The notes under the pieces were generated by a model, which saw only the letters and a list, made by a program, of their open reading frames with translations, was not told where the DNA came from and ran no database searches. A stretch of 64,000 bases of DNA from Oculina patagonica. Lineage: Eukaryota. The stretch is from NCBI RefSeq assembly GCF_052425735.1, contig NC_135770.1, forward strand, positions 31,434,001 through 31,498,000. Reading direction: 5' to 3'. Each line of letters starts with the position of its first letter. The stretch's first letter is position 1. Shown here piece after piece: positions 49,545 to 60,300 of the stretch. The position numbers and the translations under genes are program-made.

Positions 49545-51021
49545 ATGCGCTTGTTTTTCCAAGCTTGTTTTATCGCAATCTCCCTTGTACTGAGCGTGAA
49601 TGGAGACAAATCCTCCCCATCTTGTGCCAAACCATACGACAAGATGATGGCCTGTAACCTGATTTGTAACATGATTCAGGACTCGGACGCCAATAATGCC
49701 ATGAAAATGCTGCAAACAAAATTGGAGAGTCTGCTTGCAGTGATCAAGAAACCTTCCCCTCCACAGCCAGGTAAATCAGTAAATAATTTTACCCATTGCA
49801 ATGTTTTCCAGATTTTTTTTCGCATTTGGATGCAATTCCGTCAAGCGTTTTACAATTAACCAGTGTTTTGTATTCTTTGCAGCCGTCCCTGCCTCTTCAT
49901 GCAAGCAACAGTATGAAAAATACAAGTAAGTTGGTATAAACTTTATAGTTTGAAGCCCATATGCTTTCTAAGACCAATTGCAACGACCAAAGTTTGATTT
50001 TTAACATAGGCACGCAACGCATCCAAAATGCGACATTTTAACGAACATATTCAGTATCTCTTTTGCTTTGCACAAGACATCGTGAAATCATAGTGAACAT
50101 GAAGGGTTACATGAAGGTGGTTTGACAGGGAATAGCGCAGAACGCGATACACGGATGCGAAGCGCGAGGGCGAGCGCTAGTTGATGACTCTTATTTTCAT
50201 TATCTGCAGTATGTTCAAAAAACGCATTGCCACTTTAGAACGAAGTTTCATTTTGACTCTTTTGGAAGCTAAAGGGTTAAGTTAACCAGCATCGCTTTTC
50301 TTCCACACAGGTCCACAAAAAGTCAAGTGTTTACGCTGATGTTTGGTTCACAAAAGATTCCTGTTTACTGTCACATGGGAAACTTTGGATGTGGAGATGG
50401 AGGATGGACGCCAGCCATGAAGATTGATGGAACAAAGGTATGTAACTGCACTTCCCTCCCAATACCACTCTTGGCAAACAGTATAAAACGTTGCACATAG
50501 TAACATTTTCTTTTTGTATTTCAGAAAACTTTCCATCACGATTCTAAGTTTTGGAGTGACAGAAAGGCCTATAACCTTGCAGGAGGCAAGACTGGGTTTG
50601 ACACACAAGAGACCAAGTTACCGAGCTACTGGAACACACCCTTCTCCAAGATCTGTCTTGGTATGAAGATCGGCCATCAGAAAAAGTTCATTGTCATCAA
50701 CAAGCAGGCCAACTCTCTGTACTCACTGATCGCTGATGGGCAATACCGCGCCACCTCAGTGGGTCGTAACACGTGGAAGAAGCTGATTGGTTCACAGGCT
50801 TATTTGCAGACCAACTGCAACAAGGAAGGCTTCAATGCTGTGGGAAGTGCCAAAGGTTATTCCAGAGCAAGAATTGGCATCCTTGGAAACAATGAAAACG
50901 ACTGCAAGACCCCTGACAGCAGAATCGGTTTTGGAATGGGGGGTATAGTGATGACTCCAACACGTGTGGAAACGTTAGAGGCAAAAACATCAAAGCCATG
51001 GGATATATCTTGGTTCAGTAG
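49545..51021 (+). CDS. Secreted USOMP5-like (fibrinogen-related) protein, 4 exons, with a 1-nt frameshift in a G run near the 3' end
   Basis: Exons 49545-49770 (signal peptide [20 protein letters not shown] and short coiled coil), 49883-49925 (SSCKQ), 50311-50437 ([25 protein letters not shown]), 50525-51021 ([19 protein letters not shown]...DSRIGFG). One extra G at 50938-50943 restores [18 protein letters not shown]. Confidence 0.82.
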
Positions 51022-51865
51022 AGTGGGACAATTTGTTCCTTCCTGTAGAAAAGGCCACTGATGCAATAAAGAAAAACTTATTACTTATCATTTGTTGTTT
51101 TACTGTTGGTGTAGTACTCTTGCTAAACTGGCTGACTGACTTCTTGACTCTGGCTGCCTTTCTGACTGACTGCCTGCTATCAATCTGTTTGTCTGTCCAT
51201 CTGCCTGTATGTCTACCCCTCTGTCTGTTTAACTGACAGACTGACTGAGCAGACTTACATAACCAGAACTGTTAATAAAACACTGGGGAAGAGTGCACCT
51301 TGCAGTGACCGAAATGTATTATCAAAGGCTGTTTATACTTTCAATCTAAATTAAAAGTCCTGGCAAACATGTAGTATGTACATCAGTAACTCAATTGATG
51401 CATATTCCTTCTACAAAAAAAAGAAGTGTGAAAATGTTATTGCCACTAAGCAGAAAGTTTTTTTGCTTGCCCTATGCAAGAAAAATCCTAAGGCCTATCA
51501 ATTATAAAAAAAAATGGAGAACAATGACGATTTAAGCTTTCAACCTTTTGATCAGAGTGGATTTTCTAGCCCCAAAAAGCATTAAAGAGACTGAATGAAA
51601 ACAAAGTAGAGCCATCCTGTTTTACAAATTTATCTGAGACTCTCAAAAATTTATGCAATTAATTCTTACAGACAGACATAATTTCAGCCTAAACCTTCCC
51701 AATCCCTGTCACTGTTATAAAAGAATTGGTCATGTTTTTTTAGCTACACGTCTATCAGTTAAGAATGCATTTGGGTGTTTGGAGAGCACTTGAAGAGCTA
51801 GATTTACTCTCGTCTATACCTTGAGTAATGCTTTTCAAACTCCTGGGTTCTCGATTGTACACCTA

Positions 51866-52377
51866 CAGTACCGCTCAGAAATAAGCGTCCCAAAACATAC
51901 GCGAAAAACGCGTATGCTTTTGCGTATACGCGCATCTGCGTATATGCGTCTGCGTATCTGCGTATGTGCGTCTGCGTATCTGCGTATACTCTGAATTCGC
52001 GTATGCTCTTTAGTATGTATGAGCTAGCTTATTGTTTTTTCTTTTGTCCATAGTTGATTGTTCTTTCAATGGCCTAACATTGCTACATGTAAAATTTAAA
52101 TAAAAGGAAGACTGACTAAATCATGCCGTGCCAAAGCGACAAACGCCGGAAGTTTTACAAAAATATAAAATGCGTTCCGTTTGTTACAATAAATATTGCA
52201 GTTGACTGTCGTTTAATACACAATACATCAGAAACACTAGTCATCGAGTTTTCACTGCAATGAGAAAACTTCTCTTGTGCGTATCTGCGTATGCGTATGC
52301 GCGTATGTGCGTCTGCGTATGTGCGTATGTGCGTATAAGGTGCGTATACGATGGACGCTTATTTCTAAGCGGTACTG
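51866..52377. mobile_element. Tc1/mariner-type MITE with (TGCGTA)n-like internal microsatellites
   Basis: ta|cagtaccgctcagaaataagcgtcc ... ggacgcttatttctaagcggtactg|ta. Confidence 0.88.
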
Positions 52378-52545
52378 TACATGATTATACGCTACAGCTA
52401 CATGATTGTACACCTGAACCAATTCTTAAGCCACACATGTGCCATGCATTGAGAAAACGTTTTTAATTGGTGTTACTTTGTTTCACCTTTCAAACAAGAA
52501 GTTAGTCCTCCATGCACCCTAACAGTGTCTTTAAAACAAAGTAAA

Positions 52546-54228
52546 TTATTCCTTATTCAGAAAGATCTCAACTGCATTTTTGGAATCCTTGTAGTACTTT
52601 ACCACTCGGTCAAATTCTTTAGGATCCAAGTCAACAAGATCAATGTTGTAGTGATACACATCACCACAAGTCATTTCAACTCTTGGTAGTGTAGTCTCCT
52701 TCTTTGAAGATTTCTGGAAAGCTATCATTACAGAGCAGTCCTTTGCAGTACTCGCAACAGCAAATTTACAGATTTTGAGAACTGCATTATATAAATTATC
52801 TTGATCACTTATATCAGCATTTAAATCTAGACTTTTGTCTGAGATTCTAGAGTTGTTGCTAACAAGAGAAGAGGCAACTGCTTTCCAGAGAGGTAAATTG
52901 TAAGGACCATCGACACCAAGCTTGTCTCTTAGTCCTGGGTTACACTCAAAGTGACTGATTACTTTCTTGTAGAGAGGATAAATCCCCTCGACATCAATGT
53001 CGTCTAATTTCTGTAATGACAAAAGCTGTTGCAGAACGCCTCCATTTCCAAACTTCAAGCAGTTGACGTTACCTTGAATATCAATGTTGGAGTTGTGAAC
53101 CTTGCTTTTTTTACACATCGGAGTAGTTGGTGACATGTCAACTTCATTCTGTTGTACTTGGTTTGTCTTTGAGTCATTGATTAAAATTTGAAGCAAAATG
53201 TCCAGGAATTTCGTGGAAAAGGGACCTACATAGCCACACTTGTGAGCCTCTGTTGTCATGTCATCTCTACAGCTGTGACCTACTGAAGTCACACAATCTC
53301 CATGCTTGTGATCAACTGTGGTCACATTATCACTACACTTGTGACACTCGGTGGTCACGCTATCACCACATTCGCAACCTTCTGTGGTCACACAATCTAA
53401 AAAAAGCTTCATTTCTTGCAGAGACATCTCAAAATAATTCTCTGCACAACACACACTCCCTTCCTGAACAGCTTTCTGGACTAATTCCTCTGTGAACATT
53501 GCACTGCCATCACAGAAAACACGCAAATTGTTCTGGGGGTCAGACACCAGACATTCCAAGGCATACATAACTCTTTTTGGTTCTCCCGAGAATAAATCCA
53601 AGGGGCAGTACTTGCTTTCTCTGTTGTACTTCCCTTCTTTAACCTTGGAGCTCTGAAGCATACAATAATGACAGACTGAATACTTTGTCGCTCTAGCTGG
53701 GTCAATGAACGGTGAAGTGGGAACAAAGCCACATTTTGGCTTTATCTCGACAGAGAAGGTTGGATTAATGGTTTTGATTGCACATCGAGACTTTCCTTCG
53801 GTTGAATTAGCTTGTGGAACAGACGGAAGAAAACAGAAATCAGGCATCAGAACCCCAGAAGAACAGTTTTCGTCAATCTCTTTGTCAAGTCTGTGTTCTG
53901 GGCGAAATCCTCGGCATATTTCATTCATTGCTGATGCAAAACCTTGTGGAATAGAAATTACCTTTCCTACATGAACGTAGTTGTTTCCCATTAGCGGTGA
54001 TACAACGTGTTTGGCGAAATCAAGGTTGTGTAACATCTCTTGCACGTAATTAAATTCCTCATCTTTCGTTGCGGACGATTTTTTACATTCGTGCTTTCGT
54101 AAACGCAAAACTGTTTTCAGTTTGTTTAGCGATACAACCATAGTCCAGGATCCTTCGCATCGATAACTCCACTCATGTGGATCTTTAAAATACTCAGAGA
54201 CATATGAACACACCGTGTTGTCCGCCAT
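52546..54228 (-). CDS. IPPK: Inositol-pentakisphosphate 2-kinase (IPK1), single coding exon, 560 aa
   Basis: Motifs WSYRCEG, EIKPKCGF, CHYC, YCPLDLFS, PQNNLRVF, AKDCSVMI, DLDPK. First ATG is at 54228 (the ORF-track start at 54240 is TTG). Confidence 0.93.
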   Translation of the reverse strand: MADNTVCSYVSEYFKDPHEWSYRCEGSWTMVVSLNKLKTVLRLRKHECKKSSATKDEEFNYVQEMLHNLDFAKHVVSPLMGNNYVHVGKVISIPQGFASAMNEICRGFRPEHRLDKEIDENCSSGVLMPDFCFLPSVPQANSTEGKSRCAIKTINPTFSVEIKPKCGFVPTSPFIDPARATKYSVCHYCMLQSSKVKEGKYNRESKYCPLDLFSGEPKRVMYALECLVSDPQNNLRVFCDGSAMFTEELVQKAVQEGSVCCAENYFEMSLQEMKLFLDCVTTEGCECGDSVTTECHKCSDNVTTVDHKHGDCVTSVGHSCRDDMTTEAHKCGYVGPFSTKFLDILLQILINDSKTNQVQQNEVDMSPTTPMCKKSKVHNSNIDIQGNVNCLKFGNGGVLQQLLSLQKLDDIDVEGIYPLYKKVISHFECNPGLRDKLGVDGPYNLPLWKAVASSLVSNNSRISDKSLDLNADISDQDNLYNAVLKICKFAVASTAKDCSVMIAFQKSSKKETTLPRVEMTCGDVYHYNIDLVDLDPKEFDRVVKYYKDSKNAVEIFLNKE

Positions 54229-54348
54229 CTTAGAATTCAATGATCTTGACGATAAACTTCATGCCAGCGTACATGAAGCGTATAATGATGTTACGTTTCG
54301 TTACGACTTACATGAAGAGTAGATTGTGACACGTGCAACATTTTCAAT
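54229..54348. promoter_or_regulatory. Very compact bidirectional promoter / 5' UTR region of IPPK and CEBPZ
   Basis: 120 bp between divergent ATGs. Both ATGs sit in an AAnATGGCGGACAA context. E-box CACGTG at 54330-54335 and several CpG/ACGT motifs. Confidence 0.75.
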
Positions 54349-57300
54349 ATGGCGGACAAACAGAGCAAGCTTGCGAAGAGAAAAAAGAAATTCAGTTCAA
54401 AAAATGCCCATGATTTAACACTAGAAGATGTTCTTGCGGTCGGAGGAGACAAGGTTGGTATCATCTGTGATTTCTCTGTTCTGTTTCTCAAGGGGCGATA
54501 AATGTTTTATTGAAAATTAAGCTTAGAAGTTACAGAATTTTCATCATGATGATATAAGTCTGTCTTTCTGATTGCTCTTAACTTGGAAGGATGACTTTGA
54601 AATGATGAAGGATGTAGACGTATCAGGCGATTTTGTTGTCGATGAGGAGACGTCAGAAAACATAGAAGAAAAAGAGGTAAAAGAATGTGTATTGCAAAAC
54701 TTGATTTAAACTTACATGTAACTTACACATGTTACATGTGTTACATTTGTAAGTTACATTTGTTGCACTCACTCAAAGGCATTATTACTCGTACAAAGCA
54801 TAAACTGTCATCCTTTCCCCCACAAAACAGGTAATGTCATATATCAGAGAACTTGGTTTGGATAAAATCAGCTTTAAAGGCAAAGAAATGAAGTAAGTAC
54901 ATGTACATGCATTGCATTTATTAAAAAAAAAAAAAAATGTTTACTGGCTTATACAGGAATTCACTCTAATGAATCATCCATCATGACTCTTACTGAGGGG
55001 GTGTTAATGGCAAAAATTCAATATTTTGATAAGACACGGTACAGAGGTCTACTCTTATTTTGAATAGGAACAATAAAATTCGTGGATATAGAGCTTAAAG
55101 AGTTTCCAGTGGGATTTTCTTTCAAATGTCATCATCATCAACATCATCATTGTCATTGTCATTATCATTGTCATCATCGTTGTCTTCATCATATTCATCG
55201 TCAACATCAAAAACTGAAACAAAGCTAATCCTTCAAACTTGAGAAATTTGTTCGTTATATGACAACAAGACATGGCAAAAGGACTTGATCACTAGGCAGA
55301 ATTAAATTTGAATTTAATTTATACAGTTAATGGATGCAAGTGTCTCCATTGTTGTGTTTTGGATGCAAGTAGGTAATTGGAAATTTGAGTTCATTATTGC
55401 AAAACTCAATACTGACAACTTATTTATAACTGCAGAAAAATTTATTTCAAATTATAAAATAAATTTATTTTTCAACAGTGAGAGTGCTGCTAAAGAAAAC
55501 AGCTCAAACATGTTTCCAAAAAGTGGAGAAATTCTAAATAAAGATGAAACAGAAAAAGAAAATAAAGGAAAGAAAGAAAAGAGGCTGAAATCAAAAGATA
55601 CAGAGAAAGGAACAGACCTTGCAAAATCCAAAATGACTGTACAGGAACCCCAAACCTTACCAGAAAGAAAAGGTGGGCCACACCAAAAGCTGCTGATTAA
55701 ACCTGGTGGGCTGTGGTATGAACTGGTGAGTATTGGCAAAAGAAAAAAAAATGTTAACTTTATATTTTTATGCATTTGATGTGTGGCACATATTGTACAA
55801 GCTAAAGCATTAAATTCCATTTTGTAGTTATGATGATAAAAATATTACCCAACTTGTTTGGACGCAGGGGACCAAAAAACTACTTGGCCTGTCTGCTGCC
55901 AGATCTTTTGTTTTTAGAAATGGGCGTACCAAACGTCACTAAGCGTTAATAAAACCAGATTGGGCTGGTGCAATGGCAGGAGGGCAAAATTAATTGGCCA
56001 ATAAATTTTGCCCTCCTGCTTTTGTACCAGCCTTGCAATTAAACTGGTTTGAATAAAAATATGTCCATGTATTGTTTTTGGTTTTCCAAACTGAATCAGT
56101 ATGGTTATATAATAATCACTGGTAATAAATCTTACAACTTCAAGAAACTTTCTGAATAATTGCATGTGACTGTAAGTATCATTTTACACACTGTAGGTTG
56201 TTGAAGAGAAAGCCACCTACCCCTCCCCCAATCAAACTGATATTGTCCAGCTCTCAAAAGAAGCAGCTGATCTTCTGGAGAATGAAGTTAGCATCTATGA
56301 AAAAAGTGAGTCTGAGTGTGCAATTATTAAGTAGGTGATCACTTACATCTTCATCTAAACATGTATTCTAAACATTTTATTATTGACGTACAAGTCATGT
56401 ACATGTACATATTTTGCACAATGTATAATAATACAATTGTAAATGTATATTTGCAATCAAGAGGTCCTGTCTGGAGCAGATCAAAGCTAGCAAGCAACAG
56501 AAAACCTATGGTAGCAGTTCAAATTCATGAATTTATTTTGTGTCAGCCCATTAGTGACATACCTACATGTAGATTGGCTGGTCAATTTCCCACCAGTTAA
56601 AAAGACAACGACTTTGTATAACAGCAACAGAAAAGCTCAGAAATTTAAAATTCTGTTTTCTTACAAGTGGACTCAGTTGTTTAATTAAGAAGCCAAGCTA
56701 TAGCACTTCTTTATCCTGTTTTATTTTTTATTGTTATAGTGAAAGCAAAAGAAAAGTCATCAGATTCACAGTGGTTAAAATCTGTTGTAAGTTCAGGAAC
56801 ATTGAACGACAAAGTAGCTGCTCTTACTGTTCAAGTACAGGTTAGTTTTAAAACATTTCTTATTGGAATTTTCCCTGATGTCCTTGGCATGTTTCTGATA
56901 GCGTCTTTTTTATACTGAATGACCTTAAAGTAATTTTATTTCAGTCTGTGTATAATGAAAAAAATAACTTAATATAAGGTGACACTTTTGATTGTAACTA
57001 ATCAAATTACATTCTAAGTTCAACAGTATTTCAAATGTTTCTGATTTTTTACATGTAGGAGTCTGCTGTACATCGCCTGAAAACTTTGGACATGTTACTT
57101 GGCATGGCTAAAAAGAAGGGAAGAAGAGAAAGCATAATAGCTGTTGGTAAGATGCCCAGGGTTTCTTGCATGCTGTGGTAAATTATTATTCTCAAAATTA
57201 TGAACTGAATAATTATCACCTTTAGTAACATGCAGTTCTTAAAAACATAAAAAAAGTACATTTTGTAGGACTGGTATACAGTCGTGTACATAGTGCATTT

Positions 57301-60300
57301 ACTATTATTTTCCAAACTGCGTGTCTCAGGTGAGTTAAATGATTAAAAATGTGTGATCCTAATTCACTGTCTTGCTAGACAAGTCCAGCAACAATAGGTC
57401 AGAGCGCCATAGGAACTACATTGTAAGAGGGAGATTAGTTAATTGTTTTAATACAGAGATGCCAACCTAAAAAATTGAAAATTATCCGGGACACCTAACA
57501 TTTTGTGCCACGATACCTCTTTCCAATCCCCCCAAAACATACCAGTTAAAAAAATAGAGCTCTGCCAATTTATTCAAAAATTAAAATGAGTCGAGTATTT
57601 TTAAATCTCCCCCTCCCCCCCCCCCCAAAAAAAAAAAAATTGCTCAATTAAGCTCAAAAACACATATGCTTAAAAGCACTTTTCTTCGTATCCCGGAGAC
57701 TTAGTGGCCCGTACAGGAGACCAGGAGAATTGGTCTGTATGCGGGAGACTCCCGAGGAAAGTTGCCATAGAAATTAATATACAGAGCTCTCACATGCTAT
57801 CACATGGTGACATACCCAGTAATATCCCTTTTTTATTTTTTAAATTCACAGATATGTTGAAAGAACTTTGGATGACATTGTTGTTGCCAAGCGATCATAA
57901 GCTGAAAAAATTTGCCCAGGTCTGTGAACTCTAGATTTTTCATTTTTTTGAGTATTTTGTGGAAGTTGGAGGTATGAGAAATGCTCGCTGTATGTTGTTT
58001 TTTGACTTAAAAGAGACCAATTGCTGTCAGTAATACATTTAGATGCACATATGTACTGTATGTATTAAAAACATGCATGTTTTTTTTTATATTGCCTCTA
58101 ATACACAGCATCCCTTGACATCATTAGTGGAAATTGTCCACAAAGGAGGTGGCTGGGATGAACGTGACAGGCGACTTATTCTGTGGCATTTTGAGGAGTT
58201 ATTAAAACAAAGATACAAGGAGTTTATTGAAGTTTTGGAGGTAACAAAGCAATTCCATGTAATTTCACAATTAATTCCTACTTTTAATTAATAGACTGGC
58301 AAAGATAATTAAAACTGACTACCAGTGTTAAATCTTTGACAGTTTCTTACTCAAATGGACTCAATAGTGTAATAAATGGTACTTAAATGTTATTTTGTTA
58401 TAATCAATAAGACATAACTTAAACTTATATTAAATAATTTGCTAATTAAAAGTTAACTCTTTGCAGAAACTTCTTCAAGATACTTTGGTAAACATCAGAA
58501 GCAAAATGCTAGGTAGGCAGGAACATGCACTGTACATTGTAGACTAAATAATATTATCATGCTTAAAACATTTTGTATACCTGCCAACTTTTTCTGGGAC
58601 AAAGGCGTGAGATTTTTATCCTGAGAGTGCTAGGATTTCCGGAGATGACACGACCATTTCCGAAGATTCCCGAAGATATCCGAAGTATTCCGAAAACGTT
58701 CAACATATCCCGAACACAGTCCCAAGACGTGTTTTGCTAAACACGAGCACATTCTCAATGTTTTTCTTGTCGAGATTCTGAAATTTCTGAGAAAGTATCG
58801 TCATTAACTCAGTTTACATGGAGTTTTCGTTTCTCACATTGGTTTGAAATCACATAGTTTTGGAAAGTGTGCCATTTATGGTTGCAATAACTCGCATTAT
58901 TCTACAAGGCGTGAGAAATTGGTTCGTAAGCGTGAGTTGGCGTGAGATCGAAGATTTCAACTCGCAGGCGTGAGACTCACGCTTAAGGTGGCCCGCGGGT
59001 ATTTATGAGGCTGACAGTTCCCTTTTTAAGCGCGTTTTAAAACGGGAAAACATGAAGCGATTGCTTAGATTTTTGAGAATCTGAAAAAATAATGTTTAAA
59101 TTATATAAAATGATAAATTTTATGGCGATCAAACGCGATTTGTTAAAGTTATGAGTGATTTTTGAAAGCCTTCGTTTTTAATAAAATGCGATTATTTTGA
59201 AAATGCCACGGTGAACTTTTCTGTAATTACCCCAAAACGCTGCCAAACAGTTGAAGTTTAATCACAACAACTTACAGGAAAATCCACTCCGTAGATTTCC
59301 TGAACGAGCGACATCTTTATTTTGCCTTTAAAAACTGTTGTGTTATGCGTCTGACTTGACCGTCGCATAAATTTGATACTTATACTAACCCAGTACTGAG
59401 CCAGTTTTGAGTCTGATGTCACCTTAATCTTGTGTGTAAAAGTTAAAAAGATCGTGTATATACATCAAATGTTAGCAGTCAATAAAGATGGATGGTTTTC
59501 AGTCGAATTTTTGAAAATATCAAACAAATGACGTTATTTAGAATTGCGGAAAATTTGTCGATTTGTTTTTCATTTTTTTAAAGCTGCAGCTAGAACAGGA
59601 TATTGCAAAGATTTGTGCCGAGTTTCAGCGTGTTCCTATCATACGGTTTGAAGAATTTCGGTCGCAAAGTTGGGTACATTTGCTTTTCAAGTTCTAATCG
59701 CTTTGTAAACCTCGCATTTCGAATGAAATTATTCTGTTGTTGTTTGAAGAGAGGTGTTACTTCCAAATTCCGCACGATCTTCTACCGTCAGGAAATACAT
59801 GTGCAGGAACGGTATTTGTCATTTTAGTAGTAACTATTTCAGGCTGTGTTATTTCCAAGTGGCAGAAGATTGTGCGGAATTTGAAAGCAACGCCTCTCTT
59901 CGAAAACAACAGTATAATTTCATTCGAAATGCGGGGTTTACAAAGCGACCAAATCTTGGAAAGTAAATGTACCTGACTTTCCGACCGAAGTTCTTCAAAC
60001 CGTATGATAGGAACACGCTGAAACTCGGCACAAATCTTTGCAATATCCTGTTCTAGCTGCAGCTTTAAAAAAATGAAAAACAAATCGACAAATTTTCCGC
60101 AATTCTAAATAACGTCATTTGTTTGATATTTTCAAAAATTCGACTGAAAACCATCCATCTTTATTGACTGCTAACATTTGATGTATATACACGATCTTTT
60201 TAACTTTTACACACAAGATTAAGGTGACATCAGACTCAAAACTGGCTGGTACTGGGTTAGTATAAGTATCAAATTTATGCGACGGTCAAGTCAGACGCAT

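Noticed and set aside
55055-55273. Met/Thr-rich ORF
   Set aside because: Translation of a (CAT)n microsatellite.
59590-60083. Mirror-image ORFs on both strands
   Set aside because: By-product of the palindromic transposon; no transposase motifs.
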